Assembly: GCA_035355675.1 (NCBI GenBank)
Contig: DAOQRN010000002.1
Coordinates: forward strand, 1,986 to 65,985
DNA length: 64,000 bases
Direction of reading: 5' to 3'
Origin: an archaeon
GTDB lineage: Archaea > Iainarchaeota > Iainarchaeia > Iainarchaeales > JAAZKV01
The notes beneath the pieces were generated by a model, which searched no databases, was not told the DNA's origin, and saw nothing but the letters and a program-made list of their open reading frames with translations. This document shows positions 37,969 through 47,376 of the stretch, in pieces (positions within the stretch are counted from its first letter, which is position 1; each line of letters starts with the position of its first letter). The translations under genes were made by a program, and so were the position numbers.

Positions 37969-38328
37969 ATGATTGAAATAGTTTTATTTTTGCTAGTATT
38001 ATTATTGCTTGTAATAATTTTCTTTTTATATAAAAGAATTAATTTTTTGAATTTAGAATTAAATAATATTAATTTTTTAAAAAAGTCTCAGAGCATAAAA
38101 TATGGTCAGTTAACAGAACAGTGGATTCCATTTTCAGAAAAATTCCCTTTTTCTCCAAGTTCATTTAAATTTTTAGGGCAACCCATTGATGGTATTGTAT
38201 TTGATGATGAAAAATTAGTTTTTATTGAATTTAAAACAAATAAAAGTAAATTAAATGAGTCTCAAAAAAAAATTAAAAAACTAGTTGATGAAAAAAAAGT
38301 GGAGTGGTTAGAGTTTAGGGTTGAATAA
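37969..38328 (+). CDS. Small membrane-anchored protein with a possible PD-(D/E)xK-like nuclease signature
   Basis: 119 aa. N-terminal TM helix, then IDGIVFDDEKLVFIEFKT (D...D/E-x-K spacing). Confidence 0.3.
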   Translation: MIEIVLFLLVLLLLVIIFFLYKRINFLNLELNNINFLKKSQSIKYGQLTEQWIPFSEKFPFSPSSFKFLGQPIDGIVFDDEKLVFIEFKTNKSKLNESQKKIKKLVDEKKVEWLEFRVE

Positions 38329-38359
38329 AAAATAAATAATTTTTAAAATTTTTATTTTA

Positions 38360-39448
38360 TTATTCTAATTTATATCTAAGTATTGCACAAACTCCGCTCA
38401 AGTTTTGAATTATTTTTTCTTGAGGGTTTTTTGAGGATATTACAAATATTTTACATTTTGTTGTTTCTGCAAGATCCATTATTTTTTCTATTTCTTTTCT
38501 TTCTTGCATTAGTGATGTTTCACTAATTAATAATTTTTCAACAGCGCCAAGTTCTAGTGCTTCTATCACTTTATCTTTTCCGTACTCTGTTTTTCCTTTT
38601 GATATTAGGGATAAGAATTCTTCAATTACTTCCCCTTCTTGACTTAATTGTAGTTCTTTTTCGAGGGTTTTTAGTTTTCCTTGGGTTATTAGTTCTTTAA
38701 AACCAGTTTCGCTTATTTCATTTGTTGTTTCAATAAATGCTTGGGGGAATCCTTTTTGTTTTTTTTCTTCATAAAATTTTTTAAAATTCTCTTTAGTGAA
38801 TCCTGGTCCCACTATTAGTATTTTTTTTGGTTCAAGTACAGTTATTTTTTCCATTACTTTTTCAAAGTAATCACTTTTTTCTTCAGCAAATCTTTTTCCA
38901 CTTTTTTTTGACTTTATTTTTGCTTTTTTAATTAATGAAAATTGGTTAACAAAAGCAAGTTCTGCTGACTCATCATCAAGTAAAACAATAAGTAGTTTTG
39001 TTGTTGCGCTTTCTTTTTCAACTTTTTTTAATCTATCAATTTGCCATTCTTTAATTGATTTCTTTTTTATAATTACTTTTTCTCCTTTTTCAAGATCAAT
39101 ACTTTGGTGGCTTTTTAGTTGTATCATTTCTTCTGGTTTTCCACTAATAATAATACCACTTGCTCTAAGATTTTCACTATATTCTTGGAAATGAACTTCT
39201 TTTATCTCAAGTTCAACAAAAATTGTTATTCTTTGTGTTTTTTCTCCTTCTCTCTCTGCTTTTATTTTTCTATCAGTTTTTCCTTTAATAATGTCACCAC
39301 TTTCAATTATTTTTTCAAGATGCCAAAGGTCTTCGCTAGTTTCTGGTATTAAAATAAGTTCATTATATTTTTTATCAATTTTTAGTATTTTCATTTTCTC
39401 ACAACAATTATTTATAATATCTGTTTTCTTTTTTTTGTTCTCTATCAA
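38360..39448 (-). CDS. pelA: Pelota (aPelota/Dom34) ribosome-rescue factor; the true start is probably the second Met (about 39394)
   Basis: MKILKIDKKYNELILIPETSEDLWHLEKIIESGDII matches the Pelota N-terminal domain, followed by an eRF1-like central and C-terminal region. Confidence 0.8.
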   Translation of the reverse strand: MIENKKKKTDIINNCCEKMKILKIDKKYNELILIPETSEDLWHLEKIIESGDIIKGKTDRKIKAEREGEKTQRITIFVELEIKEVHFQEYSENLRASGIIISGKPEEMIQLKSHQSIDLEKGEKVIIKKKSIKEWQIDRLKKVEKESATTKLLIVLLDDESAELAFVNQFSLIKKAKIKSKKSGKRFAEEKSDYFEKVMEKITVLEPKKILIVGPGFTKENFKKFYEEKKQKGFPQAFIETTNEISETGFKELITQGKLKTLEKELQLSQEGEVIEEFLSLISKGKTEYGKDKVIEALELGAVEKLLISETSLMQERKEIEKIMDLAETTKCKIFVISSKNPQEKIIQNLSGVCAILRYKLE

Positions 39449-41171
39449 GTACTGAATCGTGTTTATTTATTCTTGGTCTTTTTGTATCTTTGTCTCTTCT
39501 TACTGTAATGTCTAAATATTTCAACAAGTGGTTCATTCCTTCATTTATCCCAAATGGTCCTGTTGCTTTTCCATTTTTTGTTGGTTCTCCTGTGAAAACC
39601 ATTATTTTGTCACTCACATAATCCATAAATGTTAAATCATGATCAATTATTATTGCTGAACAATTTTTTATATCAATATAATTTCTAATTAGTTTTCCTA
39701 CAGCAAGTCTTTGTTCTACATCTAAATAAGCACTTGGTTCGTCAAGTAAATACACATCAGCTTTTTTGCTTAAACAAATAGCAATGGATAATCTTTGGAA
39801 TTCTCCTCCTGAAAGTGTTTTTGCTTTTTTTTCTAAAAGGGGCTCTAATTCAAGAGGTTTTAATAAATTGTTTCGAACTTCTTCCATGTTTATTCCTTCA
39901 AATAGTTCTTGAACAGTTTTTTCACCAACATAATTGATATATTGTGGTTTGTAAGATATTTTTACTCTTTGTTGAATTTCTGTGTTATCTGCTTTTATTT
40001 CTCCCGCAAGTATTTTCATAAATGTTGTTTTTCCTATTCCATTTGGACCGATTATTCCAACTATTTCATTTTTTTGTATTTTATTTTCTTCTACAGTTAG
40101 TTCAAATTCTCCTAATTTCTTTTTTAGTTCAGGCCACTGAATAATTTTTTCTTTTTTTCCTGTATTTTCAGTTTTTATTGTTGAGTAAAAGTTTATTTGG
40201 TATTCTCTAAATTTATAGTTTTCTTCTTTTGAAAATCCCTCTAAATAATCATTAATCCCTTCTCTTGTTGTTTTTATTTGTGAAACAAATCCATAAACTT
40301 TTGGTTTTCCATAAATTAAGTGTACAAAATCACTTAAATAATCAAGTAAAATAAGGTCGTGTTCTACTACTAATACTGTTGAGTTTTCTGCAAGTTTTCT
40401 AATAAATTTTGCAACTCTTAATCTTTCTCGGATATCCAAAAATGATGTTGGTTCATCAAAAAAATAAACTTCTGCTTTTTTTAGTGCAGTTGCAGCGATT
40501 GCTATTTTTTGGAATTCTCCTCCTGAAAGTTTGGATGAATCTCTATCCAGAATGTTTTCTATTTGTAGTTCTTTTGCGATAACATCAAGTTCTTTTTTTT
40601 CATCAACTTTTAATAATAATTCCCCAACAGTTCCTGTAGGTTTTATTGCTTCAATATTTTGCGGTTTTACAGCAATAGTTATTCCATTGTTGTATACTTT
40701 TTTAAAAAACTCTTGTTCTTTTTTTCCACGGTAATATTCAATTACTTTTTTTTGAGCACTTTCTTTTTCTTCATTTTTTTCACCAAAATTTGGAATAATA
40801 TTTCCTGAAAGTATTTTTGTAATCGTTGTTTTTCCTATTCCATTTCTTCCAACAAGTCCAACTACACTATTTTCTTTTGGTACTGGGAGTCCATGTAACC
40901 TAAAAGTGTTTTTTCCAAAAGAATGGATTGGTTCTCCAAGATTTATCATTACATTAACAATACTTATTGCGCCAAAAGGACATTTATTTTGACAAATTTC
41001 ACAACCTATGCATTGTTCTTCAGAAATTATTGGTTTTTGTAGGTTTTCATGAGTTATGCATTTTTTCCCGGTTCTATTTACTGGGCATACTTTTTCACAT
41101 AAATAGTTTCCACATTTTTCAAAATTACAAACATCATAATTTATTACAGCTATTCTTTTTTTAGAATTCAT
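39408..41171 (-). CDS. abce1: ABCE1 (RNase L inhibitor / Rli1) ribosome-recycling ATPase
   Basis: An N-terminal 2x[4Fe-4S] ferredoxin-like domain (CGNYLCEKVCP...CIGCEICQNKCP), then two ABC cassettes (GLVGRNGIGKTT, LSGGEFQ; GIIGPNGIGKTT, LSGGEFQ). Confidence 0.9.
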   Translation of the reverse strand: MNSKKRIAVINYDVCNFEKCGNYLCEKVCPVNRTGKKCITHENLQKPIISEEQCIGCEICQNKCPFGAISIVNVMINLGEPIHSFGKNTFRLHGLPVPKENSVVGLVGRNGIGKTTITKILSGNIIPNFGEKNEEKESAQKKVIEYYRGKKEQEFFKKVYNNGITIAVKPQNIEAIKPTGTVGELLLKVDEKKELDVIAKELQIENILDRDSSKLSGGEFQKIAIAATALKKAEVYFFDEPTSFLDIRERLRVAKFIRKLAENSTVLVVEHDLILLDYLSDFVHLIYGKPKVYGFVSQIKTTREGINDYLEGFSKEENYKFREYQINFYSTIKTENTGKKEKIIQWPELKKKLGEFELTVEENKIQKNEIVGIIGPNGIGKTTFMKILAGEIKADNTEIQQRVKISYKPQYINYVGEKTVQELFEGINMEEVRNNLLKPLELEPLLEKKAKTLSGGEFQRLSIAICLSKKADVYLLDEPSAYLDVEQRLAVGKLIRNYIDIKNCSAIIIDHDLTFMDYVSDKIMVFTGEPTKNGKATGPFGINEGMNHLLKYLDITVRRDKDTKRPRINKHDSVLDREQKKENRYYK

Positions 41172-41244
41172 GGGTACTCACATAATTATTCATTTTAAGC
41201 GAATTATTATAAATCCGTATATTGTTATTTTTAAATTTTTTTAC

Positions 41245-41658
41245 TCATTTTAAAGGATTACCTTTGATAATAATGGTTTTTAGAAAATTATTATAATAAT
41301 TTTTTGTTCCAGTATTTATTAAAGTGGTACAATTTAAGTCATGTGTAATTTGATTAAGATCGTTAGTTTGAATTACTTTCCAATTATCAGTAGTGCATTT
41401 TGTTTGATTAAAAGTTTTATTAAAAATTTGATTTGCAGTGCTATTAAAATCCCTAATTATTTTTCTGTGTTCTGCATTCCAGTTATAGTACCATGCTTTT
41501 TCATTTAATGTGATTGTATAATTATTTAATTTTATTGCGTCTTCATAATAATAATTGTAAATACCATTTTCTTGTGTTTCTTGATTATTTTCAGAAATCA
41601 AAAATATGCTTATTATTGAAATTAATATTACCATAATTATGGTTGCGTATCCTTTCAT
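41245..41658 (-). CDS. Pilin-like or pilus-associated small protein with an N-terminal hydrophobic segment
   Basis: 137 aa. The N-terminus MKG|YATIIMVILISIISIFLI is class III-like. The body has many NxT/S sequons. It is first in a four-gene operon with overlapping stops and starts. Confidence 0.45.
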   Translation of the reverse strand: MKGYATIIMVILISIISIFLISENNQETQENGIYNYYYEDAIKLNNYTITLNEKAWYYNWNAEHRKIIRDFNSTANQIFNKTFNQTKCTTDNWKVIQTNDLNQITHDLNCTTLINTGTKNYYNNFLKTIIIKGNPLK

Positions 41659-41915
41659 TTTATTTCCTCACAATATTTTTTAAGATCCAAATTTCCACTA
41701 ATAAAATTAATATCCAAATAGTCTTTACAATAAGAATGATTTTCAGTTATTGTTGAGTTTTCATTTGTATAAATTGTACTACCATAATTTATATTTACCA
41801 AAGAAATATTTGAGGTTTTTGGGGGTGTATCATTATTTACTTGTAAAAATAAGAATACTAATAAGATTGAAACTACTAATAAAGCCTCAATTGTGAAAAT
41901 AAATCCTTTTTTCAT
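41655..41915 (-). CDS. Pilin-like protein (class III signal peptide)
   Basis: 86 aa, MKKG|FIFTIEALLVVSILLVFLF. Confidence 0.5.
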   Translation of the reverse strand: MKKGFIFTIEALLVVSILLVFLFLQVNNDTPPKTSNISLVNINYGSTIYTNENSTITENHSYCKDYLDINFISGNLDLKKYCEEIK

Positions 41916-42409
41916 TTTCCCACCTTTAAAATTATTTTTTCTTTAGTTAAAAAATTTTTAAAGCAATTATTATTTAAGCAATTTGTAAGATCCATGTTAA
42001 TATAATCTGTACTTTTTTCACAAGTCATTATTTCTGTTTCAATAGCAAAAATATTTTTTTTATCAATTAGTTGTGGGGTATAATTTTTATTATTTACAAT
42101 AAGTTCTAAATCATAATTTAATAATCCAATTTCTTCTTTAATATTAGTTTTTTGTAATAATTTTCTTTTATCAATAGTGTTTTTTAGAGTTGTTCCATTT
42201 AGTTCACAATTGTATTGTGTGTTTGCAAGTAATATCATTAATGAACTATTTAAAGAATCTTCCATGTTTTTTTTCTCAATATATTCTTTAGTGTTATAAT
42301 TGTTTAGTTCGCTTGTTTGAATTATCATTCCAATTATTAGAATTACTAAAATCATGGACATTAAAAAATCTAATGAAAATATTTGTCCTTTTGGATTTAT
42401 TTTAAACAT
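41912..42409 (-). CDS. Pilin-like protein (class III signal peptide)
   Basis: 165 aa, MFKINPKGQ|IFSLDFLMSMILVILIIG. Confidence 0.55.
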   Translation of the reverse strand: MFKINPKGQIFSLDFLMSMILVILIIGMIIQTSELNNYNTKEYIEKKNMEDSLNSSLMILLANTQYNCELNGTTLKNTIDKRKLLQKTNIKEEIGLLNYDLELIVNNKNYTPQLIDKKNIFAIETEIMTCEKSTDYINMDLTNCLNNNCFKNFLTKEKIILKVGK

Positions 42410-42797
42410 TTCTTATCACCATATCATTTTCGATTTTTTCAATTATTAAATTTTTTGGAATTTTTGAAGAGTGTGTGCTTTTTATATTTTTTCCAGTTAA
42501 ATTTTCACTAATTTCAAAAGTATTTTCATCGATAATTGTAAAATTTGGAGTGAATGTTGTATTTTTATAAATTACTTTTCTTAAAGTTATTTTTGAATAA
42601 AAATTTGTGTCACTTAAAGTTTGAGCAGTGTTTATTAATAAACTAATTTCATTACCTTGTTCTTTTAATTGATTTTGTAAAAAAATATCTTCTTGAGTTT
42701 CTTTGATATCATTCCCAATTAGGGATAAACCACTTAATGCAACAAATATTGCAAGGATAGTTATTAATAAATCAAGGCTTATTTGTCCATTTTTCAT
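42402..42797 (-). CDS. Pilin-like protein (class III signal peptide)
   Basis: 131 aa, MKNGQ|ISLDLLITILAIFVALSG. Confidence 0.55.
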   Translation of the reverse strand: MKNGQISLDLLITILAIFVALSGLSLIGNDIKETQEDIFLQNQLKEQGNEISLLINTAQTLSDTNFYSKITLRKVIYKNTTFTPNFTIIDENTFEISENLTGKNIKSTHSSKIPKNLIIEKIENDMVIRNV

Positions 42798-42851
42798 GTT
42801 TATTTATTAGTTTTTTATATTTTTAATTGTGTCTTTTTTGTTTTTTATTTA

Positions 42852-43271
42852 TTATTCAATTAAAACTATTTTAATTTCTTCCCCTTTTTCATTATAAAAT
42901 TTTATGTTTTCTAATTTAAAACTATTATCAATTATTCCATTTATGGAGTAATTTTGAAAAAATTTTTTATCTTCTTTACTTGGGTGATTTTCTCCTAAGG
43001 GGTGGGAGTGGATTGTTCCAACAATTTTATTGTCAAACGGAATTATTAAAGAATTTATTTCTACAAATGTTTCTCCTGCAATATTTGGTAAATATACAAT
43101 TTGATCAATTATTTCATTATTTTTTGATAAAAAAATTAACATTTCTTTTGGAAAATTATTTTTTGCAGAATTGCAAATTTCTTGAAGTAGTTGTTTTTTT
43201 ATTTTAAACATAATTATATTAGTATGAATAAGTAAAAAAATAGAGTGGGTATAATTAGCGAGTTCATACAT
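42852..43271 (-). CDS. JAB/MPN (JAMM) domain metalloprotease; the likely start is the internal Met at about 43211
   Basis: Full JAMM motif: an upstream Glu (FPKEMLIFL), then H-S-H-P-L-G-E-N-H-P-S-K-E-D, i.e. HxHx7Sx2D. Confidence 0.7.
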   Translation of the reverse strand: MYELANYTHSIFLLIHTNIIMFKIKKQLLQEICNSAKNNFPKEMLIFLSKNNEIIDQIVYLPNIAGETFVEINSLIIPFDNKIVGTIHSHPLGENHPSKEDKKFFQNYSINGIIDNSFKLENIKFYNEKGEEIKIVLIE

Positions 43272-44374
43272 AGACTTCTTTTAACTTTTTTACTTATTGT
43301 AAATAATCCAAGGCTTGTTGAAAAAATAAGGGTTATTATTCCAAGAATTCCACCAGTTATTATTGTTGCAAAAATCATGATTAAAAGACTGATTATGTTT
43401 AATTTTCTAGTTAAATTTTCATTAAAAAAGTTTATCATTATTTTTGATAATTGGATTGTTGCAAATCCCCCAATTCCTGCAGAAATTACCATTATTATAA
43501 TTCCAAGAATCATTGTTTCTTGGGTTAATGTAATTTTATCTTGTAGAAAAATCATTGCCCCGTTTCTTGTTTTTTTTAATGCGAATAGAGTAATAAATCC
43601 AAAGAAAAAATTTGCTGTATTTATGCTTCCAAGCATTGTTAAGTAGTTTTTTTCTTGAATTTTTAGTTTAAAAGTTTTAATTATTGTTGCTGCAGTGTTA
43701 CTTCCAATACCTGGGATTATTGCAACAATTGTTCCCCCAATTAGTCCCAGTATTGGATCAGTTATTTTATTTTCAATATTTATTTCAGTATTTTGTTTTT
43801 TTATTATATTTTTTTCTTTTAATGAATACAATGTTGCGCTTACTCCAAAATATCCTGTAATTAGTGCAAATATTTGTCCACTAAATATCAATCCTTGTGT
43901 TGTTGCAATAAAGATTATAAAAATTGATATTATTTTTTTCCTAAAAGATTTTTCTTGTTGTATCATTATTATGGGGGTTAGGAGTAATATTATTGGAGTA
44001 ATTAAAATTATTTCTCTTTGATTTTGTTCAAGTAATAAAAATATTATTGGGGTTATTAGAACTCCCACAATTGTTGCTATTATTCCTCCAAATACTGTTA
44101 GAGTTATTGCGTTAATTCCTTCGCCTTGAATTAACATTTTGTGGGCGGGTAATACTCCTTCAAATGTTGTGGTTGAGGGCACCCCTAAAAATGTTGATGG
44201 GATAAATTCCACAAAGGTTTGAACTATTGACATACTTAGGACCAAAACCATTATTTCTTTTCCAAAAATTGGGCTTATTGCGATTAAAGCGATTATTGTG
44301 TTTGTGTGTAGGCCTGGGGTTAATCCAGCAATTATTCCAAATATTGATCCAAGGATTAGGTAAAAAATAATCAT
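43214..44374 (-). CDS. TctA-like (DUF112) polytopic membrane protein
   Basis: 386 aa with about 10 TM helices and two repeat halves carrying the motifs GLTPGLHTNT and IPGIGSNTAATI (TctA-type G-x-PG). Confidence 0.5.
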   Translation of the reverse strand: MIIFYLILGSIFGIIAGLTPGLHTNTIIALIAISPIFGKEIMVLVLSMSIVQTFVEFIPSTFLGVPSTTTFEGVLPAHKMLIQGEGINAITLTVFGGIIATIVGVLITPIIFLLLEQNQREIILITPIILLLTPIIMIQQEKSFRKKIISIFIIFIATTQGLIFSGQIFALITGYFGVSATLYSLKEKNIIKKQNTEINIENKITDPILGLIGGTIVAIIPGIGSNTAATIIKTFKLKIQEKNYLTMLGSINTANFFFGFITLFALKKTRNGAMIFLQDKITLTQETMILGIIIMVISAGIGGFATIQLSKIMINFFNENLTRKLNIISLLIMIFATIITGGILGIITLIFSTSLGLFTISKKVKRSLCMNSLIIPTLFFYLFILI

Positions 44375-44700
44375 ATTTCTTTTATCACCTTGTATGCATA
44401 AAAGTTATTTTCTTTTTCTTTTTCGACATAGGCTGTGATAAAATCATTTTTTTGGATAGTAGTTTCTTTGGGGTAGTAGATTGTGGCTTTACTTCCATCA
44501 TTAAGAATTAGTATTGTTGAGGGGAAGTTTTTTACTACATATTCTACTTTTCCACTTATTATTCCTTTTGTAATTTTTTCATTATTAATTAATTCTTGGA
44601 TTGTTATTTTTTCAAATTCTTCTTTATAGAAAACTAAAAATCCAATAAATCCTATTAAAATAATTATCAAACAAATTTGTGAAATTTGTGTGTCGTTCAT
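44371..44700 (-). CDS. Small membrane-anchored protein, function unknown
   Basis: 109 aa with an N-terminal TM helix. It overlaps the upstream gene by 4 nt. Confidence 0.35.
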   Translation of the reverse strand: MNDTQISQICLIIILIGFIGFLVFYKEEFEKITIQELINNEKITKGIISGKVEYVVKNFPSTILILNDGSKATIYYPKETTIQKNDFITAYVEKEKENNFYAYKVIKEI

Positions 44701-44789
44701 ATTTTTTTGTTTTTTTAAAAGAATATAAACCCCAGTATTTTTTCGTTATTTGTCGTATTATTTTTGTGGGTTAAGTGTTGATTGTTTTT

Positions 44790-45146
44790 TTAAATTTTTC
44801 TTATTGTTATATTGAGTTGGACATTGTTAAGTTTTAAGTTTTCAACCATTTTTTGTTTAAATTTTGTTAAAAATTCAACGTTGTTTATTATTTTATTAGT
44901 TTCAATTGGGTCTTCAGTTAATATAACTAAATTTATTTTATTTAGGTTATTACTTTTTTCCAAAGTGATGCTTTCAATATAACTTGTAGAAGTTGTTTCA
45001 TTTAGTTTTTCAATAAATTCATTTTTTGTAAATATTATCAGGTTTGTATTTTCGGTTGTTTGAAAATAGAGGGATGTAATATAAATTGAAGCACTTAATA
45101 CAATAAGTGAAATAAATAATAATTCAAATGTTACTTGTCCTTTCAC
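44790..45146 (-). CDS. Pilin-like protein (class III signal peptide)
   Basis: 118 aa, MKGQ|VTFELLFISLIVLSASIYI. Confidence 0.55.
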   Translation of the reverse strand: MKGQVTFELLFISLIVLSASIYITSLYFQTTENTNLIIFTKNEFIEKLNETTSTSYIESITLEKSNNLNKINLVILTEDPIETNKIINNVEFLTKFKQKMVENLKLNNVQLNITIRKI

Positions 45147-45160
45147 TTAAATCATCCTTT

Positions 45161-45601
45161 TTAATTTATTATTATGTTGTTATCAATTTTTTGTAAAATT
45201 ATTGTTTGATTTTGAGTTAGTTCATTTTTTAGACATTTAAGGTCAGGGTTAACAAAATAGTTTTTGTCACATATGTCATTTGGACAATTTTTTGTTTCTG
45301 GATTATTTTTATTTTCATTTATTTTCACACTAAAACCAATATTTCCATCATTATAACAATATATTTTTCCATTTTCGGGTATTCTCAAAATTATTGTTTC
45401 TTTTGATCCATTACTAAAATTATTTAATCTGTTAATTCCTTGCATAATTTTCATACACTCATTATCTGTTTGTGTTAAATTTCTTATATCTGTTACTGAA
45501 GATTGAGCACTTTTTATCATGGGGTAGGTTACTGAAACAATATAAGTTATTATTAGCACAATTATTATTAGAAATTCTATTGAGGTTTGTCCTTTTTTCA
45601 T
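45161..45601 (-). CDS. Pilin-like protein (class III signal peptide)
   Basis: 146 aa, MKKGQ|TSIEFLIIIVLIITYIV. The body is Cys/Asn-rich. Confidence 0.55.
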   Translation of the reverse strand: MKKGQTSIEFLIIIVLIITYIVSVTYPMIKSAQSSVTDIRNLTQTDNECMKIMQGINRLNNFSNGSKETIILRIPENGKIYCYNDGNIGFSVKINENKNNPETKNCPNDICDKNYFVNPDLKCLKNELTQNQTIILQKIDNNIIIN

Positions 45602-45605
45602 TTTT

Positions 45606-46685
45606 TCACCAAATTAGTATCCAAGCGTCACCAATGATTAAACAAAGTAAATACCCTATTAGCATTGTAGGAACAAAGGGCATTGATTCTTTTATTTTTA
45701 TGGTTTCGCCTATTTTTTTATTTTTGTATAATTTTTTAAGTAATTTTATTTCTTCTTCATTGAGGCCCCTAGCTTTAGTTGCAGAAATGATTTCATTTTT
45801 TTTTGAAAAAATTTCATTAATTTTATTTTCTTTTACAAGTTTTATTATTTGTTTAATTGAAAAATTTTGTTCTTTTACTTGATTTTTTTCAAAATATAAT
45901 GTTTTTGATGGTATCATTCCTTCTTTTAATTTACTAATTTTTACTGTTGTTTGAAGAACGGGTCCAAGGGATAACATTAGTTTTATTGTTCCATAAATAA
46001 ATATTATAAATATAAAACTTGTTAAGGTATTTTGTAAGGTTTGAAGCGGCAATATAATTAACCCAATAATAGAAATTAAAATTGTGATTATAATTTTTCC
46101 TTTTTTTAAAATTCCTATTAGTATTAATGTGGGAAGTATAATTAGTGATGGGATTTGTAGAAAATAAAAAATTGTTGATAATCCTCCAATTAGTATTGAT
46201 AAAATTATTCCATCAATTACTCTTTTTTTAGCGTCTTTTATTAAATTATTTCTTGCTTCTTTATTATTTTTTAATTTTAATAAAATAACAAGCATTGCAT
46301 ATGGTAAAAATCCAATTAGAGAATAAATAAATAAGGTTATTGCAAAGATTTGAAAATTAGAGTTTGTAAATTCTCCTATTTTTAATATTGCGGGCGTGAA
46401 TGGATTTAGTGCCCCTAGTGCCATGAATAATTTAACATCTCCTCCAGCAAATACTCCTATTTTCCAAAGAATCCATCCAAAAGTAAACCCTATTATTAAT
46501 CCAAGTAATGAAAATATTATTGGTAGTGGGGTTTGTTCGAAATAAGATTGAATTAAATAAATAATTAACCCAATTATTGCTAAAGAAAAGTTTAATTTGT
46601 TTGAAACAATTCTTTCTTTTAAATCAGTGTATGTTGCTATTAGTAATCCTATTATTGAAATAATTATTGTTAAGTAAAAATACAT
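45606..46685 (-). CDS. Prepilin peptidase (A24-family aspartic protease, PibD/FlaK/TadV-like) with a C-terminal extension
   Basis: Polytopic membrane protein with the first catalytic Asp in YTDLKERIVS and the second in FAGGDVKLFMALGA. Confidence 0.75.
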   Translation of the reverse strand: MYFYLTIIISIIGLLIATYTDLKERIVSNKLNFSLAIIGLIIYLIQSYFEQTPLPIIFSLLGLIIGFTFGWILWKIGVFAGGDVKLFMALGALNPFTPAILKIGEFTNSNFQIFAITLFIYSLIGFLPYAMLVILLKLKNNKEARNNLIKDAKKRVIDGIILSILIGGLSTIFYFLQIPSLIILPTLILIGILKKGKIIITILISIIGLIILPLQTLQNTLTSFIFIIFIYGTIKLMLSLGPVLQTTVKISKLKEGMIPSKTLYFEKNQVKEQNFSIKQIIKLVKENKINEIFSKKNEIISATKARGLNEEEIKLLKKLYKNKKIGETIKIKESMPFVPTMLIGYLLCLIIGDAWILIW

Positions 46686-46744
46686 TGTTTATCAGAAGTT
46701 TAATGGATTTTCTTGATTAAAATACTTTTTGTTTAATTATTTTT

Positions 46745-46924
46745 TTATTTTTGCATTATTTGTTCTATTGTTTGGGTTCTTATTGTTAGTATTTCTGCTT
46801 GTGCTTCAAGTGCAAGTTGTCTTAGTGTTTCAACAATTAATGCAGTGCTTATTGCAAGTGAAATAACAAAAACAGCGGTCAGTAAATATTCAAAACTTAC
46901 TTGTGCTTTTTCTTCTTGTAACAT
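46745..46924 (-). CDS. Small Flp-like pilin (59 aa), not in the ORF track
   Basis: Manual translation: MLQEEKAQ|VSFEYLLTAVFVISLAISTALIVETLRQLALEAQAEILTIRTQTIEQIMQK. The N-terminus is class III, similar to the QGAIEYLL pilins. Coordinates are +/-1. Confidence 0.5.
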   Translation of the reverse strand: MLQEEKAQVSFEYLLTAVFVISLAISTALIVETLRQLALEAQAEILTIRTQTIEQIMQK

Positions 46925-46928
46925 TTTT

Positions 46929-47276
46929 TCACTCCCATTTTAGTAATGGATCATTTTCATATTTTGGATCAAGTTTTCCTGGACAAATGCTGTTTGATTT
47001 TTTTGCAAAAACAAATTCTCCACTTGAAAGCATTTCTCCTCTATCAGATTTTTTTAAATAACATCCACACAATAGACTGTTTGTGTCAAGCCCGCCTTTT
47101 GATTTTGGTCCACAAAGGTAATCATAAGTGTTTCTATTTCCTGAATCAATTGTTGGTCCTAGTACTCCTGTCATATATGATACTACTACTGCGATTACAA
47201 TAATTGCAGCTCCTAATAATAACAAGTATTCTATTGCTCCCTGTCCTTTTTTTTCAAAAAAATTCATTCTAATCAC
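46929..47276 (-). CDS. Type IV pilin (DUF361-type class III signal peptide)
   Basis: MIRMNFFEKKGQ|GAIEYLLLLGAAIIVIAVVVSYMTGVLG, followed by a Cys-containing globular domain. Confidence 0.7.
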   Translation of the reverse strand: MIRMNFFEKKGQGAIEYLLLLGAAIIVIAVVVSYMTGVLGPTIDSGNRNTYDYLCGPKSKGGLDTNSLLCGCYLKKSDRGEMLSSGEFVFAKKSNSICPGKLDPKYENDPLLKWE

Positions 47277-47334
47277 TATTATGTAAATGTTTTTTTAGTA
47301 TTTAAAGTTAAGTAGTTTGATTAAAAAAGAAGTT

Positions 47335-47357
47335 GAAAAGGCATTTTTTGCCTTTTC
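47335..47357 (-). terminator. Perfect 9-bp hairpin GAAAAGGCA-TTTTT-TGCCTTTTC immediately downstream of the 72-aa pilin gene, followed by a T-run on the transcribed strand
   Basis: The inverted repeat is seen directly. On the minus strand it is followed by CAACTTCTTTTTT. Confidence 0.45.
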
Positions 47358-47376
47358 AAAAAATTAAATGTTTTAA

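Noticed and set aside
43214-44374. The 386-aa polytopic membrane protein considered as an archaeosortase/exosortase
   Set aside because: There is no conserved Cys/Arg catalytic pattern. The duplicated G-x-PG-containing halves fit TctA/DUF112 better.
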